Of a DNA stretch of 64,000 nt, positions 1 to 12,740 are shown one piece after another. The translations under genes and the position numbers were made by a program. Position 1 is the first letter of the stretch; each line of letters opens with the position of its first letter. Below the pieces are notes generated by a model. The model was not told where the DNA came from, did no database searches, and saw only the letters and a list, made by a program, of their open reading frames with translations. This stretch comes from Octopus vulgaris (taxonomy: Eukaryota), in assembly GCA_951406725.2 (NCBI GenBank), contig OX597822.1, positions 51,088,001 to 51,152,000 on the forward strand. Reading direction: 5' to 3'.

Positions 1-224
1 AGGCGTCTATTTGACACCGCTGGTTACATCTGGATACGTCGGCCGGTTCACCGATAATCGGTGAACCCGCGCAGCTGTCGGGTGGTACCCGCGCGAGCGG
101 AAACGACCACCCGAAAGGTCTCCACGGTGGTGGAGTTACGATTTCAGGAGGACGATTTGGATCACGTGGATGAGAAAGGCGCGATCCAGAGAGGAGTGGA
201 CATATATATATACATATATATATA

Positions 225-460
225 TTCTTTTATTCCTTTTTTTATTTTTTTACTTTCAGTAAATTCTCTGCAGCCTTGCTGGGGCACCGCCTTTTGTCAA
301 ACAAATCACCCCAAGTTTTATTATGTGTAAACCTAGCATTTATTCTATAGGTATCTAATGCCGAACTGCTATTTTACCGAGACGTAAATGCACCAGCGTC
401 GGTTGTCAAGCGGTGTTGGGCGGACAAAGACAGACACATAAATATATACACACACGTACG

Positions 461-496
<36 letters not shown>

Positions 497-625
497 CGAC
501 GGGCTTCTTTCAGTTTCCGCCTACCAAATCCACTCACAAAGTTCTGGTCAGCCCACGACTATAGTAGAAGAACCCGGAAGCATGTTGTTTGTAAGCAAGC
601 TACTTATCCAACAGCCACTTCTGCG
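225..625 (-). mobile_element. tRNA-derived SINE, family A, diverged copy
   Basis: Matches the 14302-14707 and 51850-52280 copies (gtcggttgtcaagcg...ggacaaa...cttctttcagtttccg.ctaccaaatccactcacaa); internal (TA)n. Confidence 0.8.
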
Positions 626-630
626 TGTGT

Positions 631-702
<72 letters not shown>

Positions 703-778
703 CCTACATATATTTATACACATACATATGAGATAGTGCGGTTTATGTATGTGTATCTCCATGTATAATACAAACATA

Positions 779-828
<50 letters not shown>

Positions 829-1433
829 CACACACATCTGTATTAATGTGTGTATGTGTCTGTGTGCATATGTATGTTTGTACGTACATATGTATGTATT
901 CATGCATTATTTACTTTTGCTGCAGAAGAAAATAGAACAGAGAGAACATGAAAAAAGCGGCGTTTGTTAATATTTCCACTTTGAAAATAAGCAATGTCAT
1001 AATCACAGAAGGAGATACTTTTTTTAATCTTAAAAGTCGTTTCTGTGTGAATTTATACTTCAAACATACTGAATACGTTAAAGGCTGTTTTCTAATCTCG
1101 TTTGCCGTCTGTGTTTTACGCTTGGTGTTAACTTTGACGAGGTCGAATATTTACAGCACATATTATATAACGCAATATATATCATCATATAATATTACAG
1201 TATCGAATACAACTGCTGTGTTTTCTTTCTTCCGTGGAGTGGATAAAGAATTTAAGTCTATCCGGTATGTGGTTGCAGCTCTGGAGTACAGAAGGCTTGT
1301 AAAGTATAAATGTACACTGTTGTATAGTGAAACTCTACAATCCTCCCGGTTAAAAGTATTAGTAGTCAACCATTATAAATAGACCAGTAGCCGTTCAGGA
1401 GGGGAAAGGTCACGAAGACCGAGGGCACGACTG

Positions 1434-2755
1434 TGTTGATAGCTGTGTCTGTGCTGATATAGTAATTATACTGCGATACAGAGCGGACTTTATATCGATC
1501 CAACCTTTCGAGAATAATAACACTGTGCAACAGAAGGTTGTACAGTGCCAGATAGAAACATTCTATCGACGACTTCGAAATATAACATTATCTGTCAGAG
1601 CAACAACTGTCGTCAAAAGACAGATACAACAATAGCAATAGACGAGTTTACAGCAGTGGCGACGAGGAAAGATGAATTTGCGCGGAGTGGAAAAAAAAAC
1701 CATCATGCGGACAGTTTAAACTAATTCACGTGGAAAATTAAATACCTTGACAAAAATAAACAAAAATCTTGTTGCACAAATTTACGAAAAACGTAAAATA
1801 TGGAAGACTTGTTAGCTGGGATATTTGAGTTGCAAAAACAGCAACAACAACAATTCGAGGAACAATGAGAACTACAACGAGGATTGCAGCAGCAAATGTT
1901 ACACTTAATGAAGTTGCTAACAAAACCGGAGAATACATTTTCGCCTAACCATAAGCGAATTCAAAGATGCCCCCGAAGAAGGAACAATCTTCGTGGCTTA
2001 CTTTCGAAGATTTCAACAAATATTTTAAATAGAATGCCAGGATCGGACAGACGAAATGAAAATGTGTCTACTTTTAAGAAAACTAGAAGCAGCAGAGCAT
2101 AAGTATAGAAGTTTCATTTTGGCAAAAGTAGCGACCGACATAAATTCCACCGACATTTGTGCAAAATGTTTAGTGAAAAGTGCTCACTGTTTAATATATT
2201 TCTTTATTGCCCACAAGGGGCTAAACATAGAGGGGACAAACAAAGACAGACAAAGGGATTAAGTCAACTACATCGACCCCAGTGCGAAACTGGTACTTTA
2301 TTTATCGACCCCAAAAGTATGAAAGGCAAAGTCGACCTCGGCGGTGTTTGAACCCAGAACGTAACGACAGACGAAATACTGCTGAGCATTTCGCCCGGCG
2401 TGCTAACGCTTCTGCCAGCTCGCCGCCTTCTGCCAGCTCACTGTTTAATAGTAGATAGAAATGTTTAAACATGGAAAAGATCTGGAATGAAGACTTCACT
2501 ACTTACATGGGATATGTGCAACAAAGAATGTGAGAGATTTAGGCTGGATATGCTTACTCCAGATTCTTTGGAGCGTTTTATTTTTGTACAAGGATTAATA
2601 GATAAAAGAGAGGTGGAAATCCGAACGAAAATTCTATCAAAACTGGAAATCAACCAGGATTTGACATCGCAGAAACTATCGGAAGAGTGTGACAAAATTT
2701 TAAAATTAAGGTCTGACACAGAAGAAATTGAGATGATATTACCCAAATAAGTCAT
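1434..2755 (+). mobile_element. Gypsy-like LTR retrotransposon remnant (LTR, PBS, disrupted gag)
   Basis: ...ttacagCA followed by PBS-like TGGCGACGAGG at 1657-1667; downstream gag-like peptides (MKMCLLLRKLEAAEHKY; CNKECERFRLDMLTPDSLERFIFVQGL...EIRTKILSKLE); frameshifted and interrupted by a SINE. LTR start is uncertain. Confidence 0.65.
2197..2435 (-). mobile_element. tRNA-derived SINE, family B, with 15-bp target-site duplication
   Basis: gctcactgtttaata at 2182-2196 and 2436-2450; B-box-like sequence on the minus strand; homologous to 56608-56770, 57915-58125 and 62615-62815. Confidence 0.85.
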
Positions 2756-4010
2756 TTACTTCGGGATACTTTTCCAACCAGAATTTGATTGCTTTTATTC
2801 CATAGTCATGTGGGATATTGGTGTAAAGTTTGATAGCAGCGAAAGAAACCATTAACGCTTCTTCATTAATTGATTTTGGTAGGTACCCTAGGTATGTCTA
2901 GATCGTCTCTAATTAAACTTTTGATGTATTTCAGTAAGGGTTTCAGTAGTATGTCTAGAAAATTGCTTAGGCGGTAGGTTTCACAGGTTGGGTCAGCTAT
3001 AATGAGCCTTCACTTTAAGTCTTCTGACGCTTGCATATTTATGTATTTGTCTGGTGATTGTTTGCAGGTTTCATAAACTATCTTGCTCTTGTGTATGTAA
3101 AAAAGACTAGGTTTATATGTAAAGTTAGTGATGTAATTTATTTCTTTTTCTGTCAGGCCTTTCCATGTAGAAGTATTACAGATGAAAGAATATTTATTGT
3201 TTTTGTTGTTTATAATTTACAACTTTTTTCGTAGAAGGCATAATTTTCTAGCATGGATAATGCTAGATTTTTGTAATATTCTGTGTTTAGCAGAACTACA
3301 GCATTTCCTTCGTCTGCTTCTTTAATGTTCAGTTCTTTGTCGTTTTGTAGTTCAATTATATTTTATCATTCTAGTTTGTTGAGGTTTGAATTAATTTTCA
3401 TTTATGGAAAGTATGTGGAAAATTTTGGATATAGTCGCAGAAGTCATCTAGTGTGTTATTCCTAAGTTTAGGTTGAATGTAATTACTTCTGCTTTTAACC
3501 AGTGACTTATCTTCCTTGTTGTGGGCAGTTAAAGCTTCTTTGAGTCGTAGTTTTCTGCAGAATTCCGAAATATTGTCTTTAATTTCATTGTGGTTAAATC
3601 TTCGTGGGTTTGGGATAAATTTCAATCCGTTAGCTAGTATAGTGGTTTTTGTTGCAGAGAGAGTTTTCTTTGATAAATTTATTACTTTGGGTTTCTCCTG
3701 TAAGTTTTGTTGTGACGTGTGTCCCTGTTTATCTCTACTCGGTCTAAAAAAATGTTTACTGTAATTTGGTTGGTAGAAGTTATCAGTATTATTACTGTTA
3801 TTAATTGTATCAGTATTATTATTGTTATTATCTATTATATTTTTAGAGGTTGGTGTTGCTGTCTGAGTAAATTGGTTGGAGGTAAGTGGTTCGGGTTTCT
3901 TCGCTGGAATAAATTGTTGGGGTGCTTGATTATGTTTGGGATGTTGCGGAGTTGCTTGTGCTGTCTGGGTAAGTAGGTTGAGAATTCATAGGCTGAGGAG
4001 TTCCCTGGAC
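2756..4010 (-). mobile_element. Penelope-like retroelement, decayed N-terminal/RT region
   Basis: Minus-strand peptides KFIPNPRRFNHNEIKDNISEFCRKLRLKE and RLIIADPTCETYRLSNFLDILLKPLLKYIKSLIRDDLD, typical of the PLE RT N-terminus; stops and frameshifts. Confidence 0.75.
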
Positions 4011-4239
4011 ATTTCTAGTGTCCACAATAACGATCATCAATTACCTCCCCTTATATTTTCTACTATTTGAATCATTCATTCATAAACTCCACATGCAATA
4101 TGACCCAAAAATATTGTGAAGAAAATACGTAATTAAAATAATTTTAATGTCATGATTATCGATAAAACTACGTCATCTGTGTGCATTTTCCTTCGTTATT
4201 TTCTTTTATATATATATGTATATATATATATATATATAT

Positions 4240-4600
4240 ATAGACGGAGGAATGGCTGCTTGGTAAGTAACTTGCTTACGAACCCCATGTTTCCGGGTTC
4301 AGTCCCACTGCGTGGCACCTGGGGCAAGTGTATTCTACTATAGCCTCGGGTCGAGTGGATTTGGTAGACGGAAACTGAAAGAAGCCTATATATATAAGTG
4401 TGTGTATGTATGTGTTTGTGTGTCTGTGTTTGTCCCCCCAACATCGCTTGACAAACTATGCTGATGTGTTTACTCCCCCGTAACTTAGCGGTTAGGCCTA
4501 AGAGACTGATACAACGAATATATCCTAGAGTCGATTTGCTCCACTAAAGGAGGTGCTCCAGCATGGTCACAGTCAAATGACTGAAGCAAGTAAAAGAGTA
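4240..4600 (+). mobile_element. tRNA-derived SINE, family A
   Basis: A-box-like tggctgcttgg and B-box-like ggttcagtccc; 3' tail ggtgctccagcatggtcacagtcaaatgactgaagcaagtaaaagag. Confidence 0.85.
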
Positions 4601-4764
4601 TATACAAGTAAAAAACAGAGAAAAAGAAAAAAAAAACGGGAGGACGTAGCACAAGCAATGTATGAATAAGTCACTCTGAGAAGAAGTAGAGTAGTTGCTT
4701 CACGTTTCAAGCAAAGTACATTTTCGGTTACAAGAAAAAGAGGAATGTCCAAAGGGGAAAAAAA

Positions 4765-5015
4765 GACCGCCTTGAAGAATTTCGTAGTCGAATGAATCGA
4801 CCCCAGTGCTTATTTTTTAAAACCTGGTAGTATCCCATCGGTCTCTATTACTAAACGTCTATGTTAGGGATACGTAAGCGTAAGAAGACCGGCTGTCAAA
4901 CGGTGGGGGTGGACAAACACAGACATAGATATTGATACTGACATATATTCGACAAGCTTTGAGTTTCTGTCAACTAAATCCATTTACAAGGCTTTGGTCG
5001 GACCAAGGCTATGAT
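4765..5015 (-). mobile_element. SINE family A, diverged fragment
   Basis: atcgaccccagtgcttatt...ggacaaacacagac...acaaggctttggtcgg similarity to the other copies. Confidence 0.65.
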
Positions 5016-5269
5016 AGAATGTTGAATGCTGAAAAATATTTATTGGAGAATATTTACATATTAAAACAGAAAACTGGAGACTGTTTACTTATTATTTATT
5101 CTGTAATACACATGTTACGTGTAGAAAAACATGTGAGATATCTCCTATTAGTAGTCATTATTCACATCGAGAATTAAACATACAGACATACGTGAGTGTG
5201 TCTTTGTGTGTTTGTGTGTGTATTGGCCACTCCTCTTCCTTCGCTCTTTCTATTTTCTATGAATTTTTT

Positions 5270-5762
5270 CCACTATCCAACAAAGAGATTATCTTTATAA
5301 CGTCAAGCTTTTAATACAGGGTATACAGAATGATACCCTTTAGTGAGAAATGCGCAAAGCAACTACTACCACAATTTCTAATCTTTCCATTCTACCAATG
5401 TGCTATCGGAACACCAACACAAATTAGACTAAACAAGGAAACATTCTTCATTGAAAAATACCAACCCAAACTTAACCATTCCAACATACTTATACAGAGA
5501 AACTCAATCCAAAAGAAAGGCAAATCATTTTAAGCGATTTTCTACCTTACACCGGAAGAAATCACTTATTATCTAGATCACCGCTCAACGTAAACATGAC
5601 GTTTTAAGAAATTTGAAAAGCTGAACGCGAAACCGGTCATTTCTTCTATACTATGTCATTGTATGAAAAAAATTTATAACATTCTTCAGACATATTGACT
5701 CAAATATATATTTTTTAACCTTTTAAATCAAGCCTTCTATAGTTTTTTAACTTTTTACTATT

Positions 5763-5767
<5 letters not shown>
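5270..5767 (+). mobile_element. Penelope-like element 3' end (GIY-YIG C-terminus plus pLTR)
   Basis: ORF 5330-5533 ends QFLIFPFYQC...IRLNKETFFIEKYQPKLN (GIY-YIG E...P.LN terminus); followed by an HHR motif and then (TA)n. Confidence 0.75.
5606..5645 (+). ncRNA. Minimal type I hammerhead ribozyme, U3:A8 core variant
   Basis: aagaaat-TTGAAAA-gc tgaac gc-GAAA-ccgg-TC-atttctt: 7-bp helix I, palindromic helix III (ACCGGT), GUC site. Confidence 0.75.
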
Positions 5768-5799
<32 letters not shown>

Positions 5800-5803
<4 letters not shown>

Positions 5804-5982
5804 GCTGGCAATTTTTTCATCTGTCTTCCCTTCTCGGGATCTTTCCTTCTCCTATCTTTCCAACGAAGAGCTCCACTCGAAACGTTAAACCCTCCTTCTT
5901 CCCTTCTTTCCTGAGCGTTCAATAATACTTTATTTGTTCCACGTCCACGCGTTTTTTTTTGTGTGTGTTTTCTTGCTTGGAT

Positions 5983-5990
<8 letters not shown>
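5800..5990 (+). mobile_element. Solo pLTR-like element in (TA)n with degenerate minimal HHR (5856-5890)
   Basis: cttt-ccaacga-a-gagc tcc actc-GAAA-cg-TT-aaac; (TA)n on both sides; homologous to 37160-37370 (minus). Confidence 0.6.
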
Positions 5991-6015
<25 letters not shown>

Positions 6016-6017
<2 letters not shown>

Positions 6018-6256
6018 TTATTAATCCGAGAGGAGGCAATGTGAGCAGCATCTAAAAGAACATAACAAAATCCACAGAAACATCAAATACATACGTATAT
6101 TCATATATTCATTTATATCTACGTCGGACTTTATATCTGTTCTGTAGATGTAGATATAAATGAATATATGAATATATGCATGTGTTTGATCTTTCTGTGG
6201 GCTTTGTAATGTTCCTTTAGTTGCTGCTCACATTGCCTCCCCTCGGATTAATAAGT
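6016..6256. repeat. Imperfect inverted repeat, ~110-bp arms
   Basis: 6016-6125 is the reverse complement of 6147-6256 with about 10 substitutions; left end abuts (TA)n. Confidence 0.9.
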
Positions 6257-6790
6257 GTGTACAGCTCATTTCAGCACTACAATTCCAGTTTGTTATATAT
6301 TTTGAGTGTTGTTGTCACTAGCGATCTCAAGATATAACTTTGTTTGTTATAATTTATATACATATATATATATATATCTGTTTAGTGGGGAGGAAAGAGT
6401 ATTGTAGGCGTACTGGGACCGGTGAGCCTGACTTGACTGAAGTTCCGTTGGAACGAGTACAGATTAACAACTGCAAATAAGATATGAACGAGAAGATTCT
6501 AGAGAGCCCATGTTCTGGGAAGAATGAGTAAGTATATTGAATTGCTCAGGACTAACGTCGCTGCGTCCGCCAATAATGACAGGTGATACGTCAGCGATTG
6601 GAGTGGGACGACTGACGAATATCTATTTTTAAAAAAGGCGTGAAGTCGATACTTATCCAAAGTAGCAAGAGGTCATTGTTGGAATACAGTGGTGAGATGT
6701 TAAAGATGGAGAGAGAGCGTGCGTGTGCGTGAGTGAGTGAGTGAGTGAGACAGAGAGAGAAAGTATGAGGAATCTAAAAAAAGAGTTTAC

Positions 6791-6828
6791 AAAGATTTGG
6801 TCAGTACAATTGTACTGACCAAATCTTT
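6791..6828. repeat. Perfect 38-bp palindrome
   Basis: aaagatttggtcagtacaa|ttgtactgaccaaatcttt. Confidence 0.95.
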
Positions 6829-8338
6829 CGGAGGGAAATTTGAAGAGCAAGCTTGTCCTGAATTGCAGAGAGGGATTGTAAATATGTTCTGCGATATTTG
6901 TATCTCAGCGAGATATAAGACGACTGGTTTGCATGTAAATGGGAATAAATGAAGTTAACTTAGAGAAGTGTGTGATTTCTAAATGGTGCATGTGTGTGTG
7001 TTAGATACTTCCATTAGAAATCTTGTATTGTTACCGGGTCTGTAGCCAAAGATTTTTTATTTGTCAATCATGCTATGTTAATATGCACTGAAAGTTGTTT
7101 TAAAAAACATGCAACAATGCAATTGATAATATAAAGTCATTTACATTCTAGAAGAGAAATTTAAAAATTTGAAGTTTTGAAGTTGCAATCAATATTTCAA
7201 ATCACACAATATATATTTTGACGTATAAATTGTAACCTTAATATAATCGACGCTTGGATATCCAAAATCGACGCCTGCATGGCTGGAGGCAAAAAATACT
7301 GCTGATCTAAAACAATAATTCTGAAGACAAAAAAAAATATTTCTAACAAAATTTTCAACTAGTGTATTGTAATTCAAGAGTCATTTAAAAGAGAAACCTA
7401 GCAAATAAAATAGCACTATCGTAAAATATATCACTTGTAAAATGTAAATACACCGGTAATATACCTTTCATACCTATTTCCTAGTTTACATTAAGAGTTA
7501 TAACATCGCAGGTGCAAACATAAAATGATAACTAAATAACGGAAAATCGGAAAGTTGAAAGAGAATATTTGGAGTATATTTTGTTTGTGATACTAATATT
7601 TTATAGGTGGGAAGTTAGATACATTGAGCGTACACACATGCTATTCCTATGTTGAAGATAGATAGACACACGTAAGTATCAATAATATTGATTGTTGTGA
7701 GCGTATAAAATGTAGCATGACCTATCATACCTTTGTATATATTTGCGAAAATAAAATGTAAACTAAAAGAAGCGACTTAAAACCGGGAATAGAGAAGTAG
7801 CAATCTGGTACTACAAAATCACAAACGCATAGGCACACTTTCAAGCACTGTAAGTCATACCTGTGTGTCGGGTGCCTGTAGATTATTTATGGGATTCATT
7901 AGAATCTAGGCTCATCAAAACTGGGTGGGTACCATAGTGAGGTAAAATAACCGTGGTGTCATAGGTTGGTAGTATACTGCAGTTGTATACATATGTAAAT
8001 ACCAAATTCAATTTAAACCGTAGATTCGACTCTGGTTTCGTTCCGGGTGTGGCGTAAATATAAAATTCCCAAATGGAGACTAAGATTTACTACAAATTTT
8101 CCAGTAAACGTTTATTTATGTACTCAGACACTACATCATACTATAAAACAACCATCTCAGGTAAAATTTTAAACAGGTGTAAACAAGCAAGGTAAAAATC
8201 TTGATGACCTATCCAATAAACAGCATGATAAATAAGTAACATTTAAAAAAAACAGTTTTAAATTTATAGAAATATCAGAAGTATAACGAGAATTTGAAGA
8301 AAATAATTATTTTAAACAGTTATTTTAATTATTTTATA

Positions 8339-8411
8339 GCCATAACATGCTGTGTATATTCGCCATAACATGCTGTGTATATTCGCCATAACATGCTGTG
8401 TATATTCGCCA
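8339..8411. repeat. 23-bp tandem repeat x3
   Basis: gccataacatgctgtgtatattc at 8339, 8362 and 8385. Confidence 0.95.
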
Positions 8412-8589
8412 CGAATATTTTGCTGTAGGCAAAAAATTTCTTGGAAGATAATTTGTGGGTTAGGTGAGATAAAGGAAACAGATCTTGGGGCAGCAGGAAT
8501 GCATTTTGTACTCGCTAAAATGCTTTCTAGATTTGGGAAGGTAAAGAAGAAAATTCTTATCCTAGGTTTCATGAAGATGAGCTAATATT

Positions 8590-8700
8590 TACTTATAATG
8601 TTAACTGAAAGTTAGCAAATAGATGTTTAGCAAGTTGTATAATAGTATTGACCGTCCGAGGTGGATCAAACCATATTACGTCATTATTGCATAAGTTAAT
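8590..8700 (-). mobile_element. Penelope-like fragment (RT-endonuclease linker)
   Basis: NDVIWFDPPRTVNTIIQLAKHLF resembles the PLE IIWFNPP motif. Confidence 0.45.
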
Positions 8701-9079
8701 TAGGTTTTTGTGTTTGTGGTATCTAAACTTCCACACTGTAATTGTAATATCAAGATTACCAGTACTGCTGTTCTTACTTATAATCTTGCTAATTGTGTCT
8801 TGACCGCTAACCCTATCATTATCATTCGTATAAATAACATTAGTGTTGGTAAATTTATCGCTACAATGATTCATATTGTTGGACTTCAGTTTTTCATTGT
8901 TAAGAATATCAATTACAAATCTACTAGTATAAATATTAGTACAATTACTCTCCTTCAATTTCCGTTTCATCCGTGACTTCCTTATGCACGTATTATTATC
9001 TTGATTAAGCTTATTATCATTATTATTAGGACTACCATTTTCAGTACAGTCAAATTATTTGAGTTCTAATTACAGGAAG

Positions 9080-9117
<38 letters not shown>

Positions 9118-9139
9118 GTTTATATATTTGTTGTGCAAG

Positions 9140-9810
9140 ATTTTTTTTATTGGCTAAACTTTGAGCTTTAGGCACTGGAACAAAAGAAAAGCGACACAAT
9201 TATCTAATCATATTTGGTCTTTAAGAGATAAAGGTGTCGATTATAACATACATTGGAAGATTTTGGCCAGATGTAAGCCCTATACCAACGGCAGCGGAAG
9301 GTGCGGTCTATGCGACATGGAGAGATGGCTTATCTGGAAAAGCAGCTTAGACCCTAACTACATGTCTAAACACAAGGACAGAACTTTTCGGATCATGCCC
9401 AAATGTGACTAAATTTCTGTTATGTTTTTGGTCCCCTAAAGAAAACAGATAGAACATGCTTTCTATGTTATGTCCCAAGAAGATTTTATATATTTTTATA
9501 TATTTTTTATATATTTTTTTATGTATTTTTATATAATTTTTATGACGAAAAATGCGAGCGATGTATAAGTACGCAGGCAAGCAGAGTTATAACACAGTAA
9601 TTTCCCTTTGTATAACGGTATTTTTTCATAGCGTTTTCAAATAGCTAGATAGCCGAAGAGATGTCGTGGATTCCCACTTCGGCATCTGAAACTCAAAGTT
9701 TTATCTTGACTATCGAGTAATGTAACATATTATTGTATAGATAAATTTCCTCTATTTACATAATATTGAGGTCTCTTTCTTTCTTTTGTTATCTTACCGT
9801 TTTACCAATA
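9140..9810 (+). mobile_element. Penelope-like element 3' end (GIY-YIG plus pLTR) between (TA)n tracts
   Basis: ORF 9161-9412 contains TQLSNHIWSLRDKGVDYNIHWKILARCKPYTNGSGRCGLCDMERWLI; HHR motif downstream. Confidence 0.8.
9647..9706 (+). ncRNA. Type I hammerhead-like motif (U4C)
   Basis: agatag-CCGAAGA-gatgtcg...cggcatc-t-GAAA-ctcaaag-TT-ttatct. Confidence 0.55.
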
Positions 9811-9819
9811 TATATATAT

Positions 9820-9896
<77 letters not shown>

Positions 9897-11153
9897 TATT
9901 CTCATACTTATATTATCTACTCAGAGGTTTAGGTTTTGTTGTATTTTTGTGTGCGTGTTTTTCTTTGGTTTTTTGCTGGTACTAATATATATTGCATGAT
10001 CTATCAATTTACCAGCCACTAGAAAATAGCTACGTTGTGAGCATAGGCATCAAACATACTCTCGTAAGCAGACAGGTATAATATATTTTCTACTTTATAA
10101 TTTTCTCTCAAACTCTATAACTGTACGTTTAGCAACCTTACTAGACGAAATCAGGGCTTTATTAAGGAATATGGGTGAAATACTAGAGTAGTGAGAGTTA
10201 ATATCAAATTGAATGAAGTAGTGTTCTTTATATATCAGAAGCAGTGTATAATTTCGTTGGTATTTGTTTATCATTCTTTGTAACAGTAAGCTGAATATCG
10301 AGAGAACTTGGAAAAAATTTAAGAAAATGGATACGGGTGGAACATTTGCTACGATGAATAATTGGAAATACATGTCCATGTAATGTTGTTAAGAAGTCTA
10401 ATGAAGTTATGCATTATATTCGAAACGCACTTTTATAGTCTAAACCACTTACATGATGGACTTCAAATAACACTATTTATCTCTAACTACTTAGCTTCTA
10501 CTTATCCATAATCTGTAATTTAATTAAGTATATAGTCTCTTTCAAAACATTATTTAAATCTTTGAGTGACATGTAACATATATCATCGTCGTCGTCCTCG
10601 TTACGAATTCTCACTAGATTTGTTTGCAACATCTATATCTAATGAGTCGTGAATTATTTGGTAATCAGGTGTAGAGGTTCCTAATAGCTTTCTTCATATT
10701 GTATTCTTTTGGTTGATATTTCTTCATTTTATGTAAGTTTATATAAATATAGGACTGTGTGTGTATATGCATACGTGGATATGTGCATGCATAAGTGCAT
10801 GAGTTTATATATATATATATATAGTATGTATGTACGTATATATACGCGTGTGTTATGTGTGTATATATATCAATATCTGTCTATCAATCTATTTATATAC
10901 ATATATATATATATACATTATATGTATATATATATATATATTGCATATATACATACATATACATATATACATCTACATATATACATATGCACACACATAT
11001 ATGTCTATGGGTGGGTGTGTACATATACATATAGATAGATAGATGCATGTATATATATATGAGTCTGTGTGTGTTTGTTTATATATGTGGGTGCTTATAG
11101 TTTTAATCTATAATTCTATATATACCTATGGATGGGTGTGTACATATACATAT

Positions 11154-11214
<61 letters not shown>

Positions 11215-11259
11215 TGTGTGTGTTTGAGTATGTGTGTGTCTATATTTTTAATCTATAAT

Positions 11260-11465
11260 TATTTTACTTCTTTCAGGCAGGTGACTGTGGCCGTGCTGGA
11301 GCACCGGCTTTAGTCGAGCAAAATGCTCTCAGGACCTATTCTTTGTAAGCCTAGTGCTTAATCCATCGGTCTTTTTACCGAACCGCTATGTTATGGGGGC
11401 GTAAACACACCAATATCGGTTGTCAAACGATGGTGGCGGGACAAAGATACACACATACACACACG

Positions 11466-11542
<77 letters not shown>

Positions 11543-11638
11543 TTCTTTATCTATTTATACGACTGTCTTCCTTCAGTTTACCAAATCCGGTCACAAGGAT
11601 TTTGTCGGCCCGAGGCTATACTAGAAGAAACCTGCCCA
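11260..11638 (-). mobile_element. SINE family A, 5'-truncated
   Basis: gactgtggccgtgctggagcacc...ggcccgaggctatactagaagaaac similarity; internal (CA)n/(TA)n. Confidence 0.8.
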
Positions 11639-11639
11639 T

Positions 11640-12740
11640 ACTTTATCCATAAGATCCCTATGATAATGTATCATTTGACCACATGGAATTGCATGTAGCT
11701 GAAGTCTTGAATTGAATGTTAATATTCATACGATCAAATTGTAGAAGTACTCTGATGCTGCTTGTCGGGTGAAGTTTTTTCTCTTGTCTCCAAAGTTACG
11801 ATTTTTTAACGTATGCATTGGACTCAACAGCTTTTGATCATTTGTCGATAACTGATAACGTTTGAGGAAAATTTCCTCCAAGACCTCTTACTCCTCCCAT
11901 GAGCGTGATATCGTTTTTTATGCCTTGGAGGGTACGGTCAAGTACCTCTGGAGCTGCTCTCATCCGAAACAATGCTGTAAGTTTGTTGGAGAACTGTTAC
12001 CATTGCAGAATTTTTAGAAATGTTGCTCTTTTGACATTCTTTCATTCCAAGGTTTAGAGAATGGACTGTGCAGTTCTCCCATTGAGGAGGATAGCTGCGA
12101 TATAACAAAATGCAACATAGGAAGGCGGTTAAATTTTTTACCTCCCATTTAGGATTGCAGTTAAATATGACAAAATGTTTCCATGTCTTAACATATGTCT
12201 TAGCATCTTGTATTCCTTCGTGCATATATCGAGGATGACCTGTTAATGATGAGACGATTATAATTTGCCCTATGTTTTGAATATCACCATCTGTTCTCAG
12301 AGCATCTTGAAGATGGACATAACTTTCAGGACTTAACAATTTTTATTGTTATGAAGGTAGAGGAGATGCTGACTCTCGACTTTAGCATACATATCAGCCA
12401 GGTATTGCTGAAATAGATCCCGATACATGCGTAAATGATTTGGTTCTTCGGTCGTAATATCAGTTGGTAAGAGTAGACGTAATTTGACACCTTTTTGTTT
12501 GTAATTGGCTCTCCTGTTGCTGGTTCAGTCTGTAGAATATTGAAATGATACCCATCTTTTCCATTCCACAAAATAAGAGGATACAGCAGAGCATCACAAG
12601 AGGGATGAGTTTCTGAAACACGTTCAAGTTTGTTATCTCAAGCAGGAATGAGAATATCTCGATTTTAATGAGAATCACCTTCCATAATGATGGCTACTTC
12701 ATTAAATGTGGGATCGTTAAAACGGCCTAAAATGTCCTAT
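11640..12740 (-). mobile_element. Helitron Rep/helicase coding remnant
   Basis: Peptides GKDGYHFNI...KKVS..YSYQLILRP and YVHLQDAL...IGQIII.SSLTGHPRYMHEGIQDAKTYVK...FNCNPKW are diagnostic of Helitron Rep; frameshifted. Confidence 0.85.

Noticed and set aside
4110-4180. Degenerate HHR-like text (gtgaaga...aaaactacgtc), with a similar case at 36815-36945
   Set aside because: Core and helix I pairing are not recoverable by eye.
7875-8045. Possible type II hammerhead on the minus strand (GAAACCAGAGTC-gaatcta ... tagattc-taatga)
   Set aside because: The core is incomplete and there is no convincing helix II; too degenerate to call.
8339-8411. 23-bp repeats as a CRISPR array
   Set aside because: No spacers and a eukaryotic context; simple tandem triplication. 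The same applies to 36591-36670.
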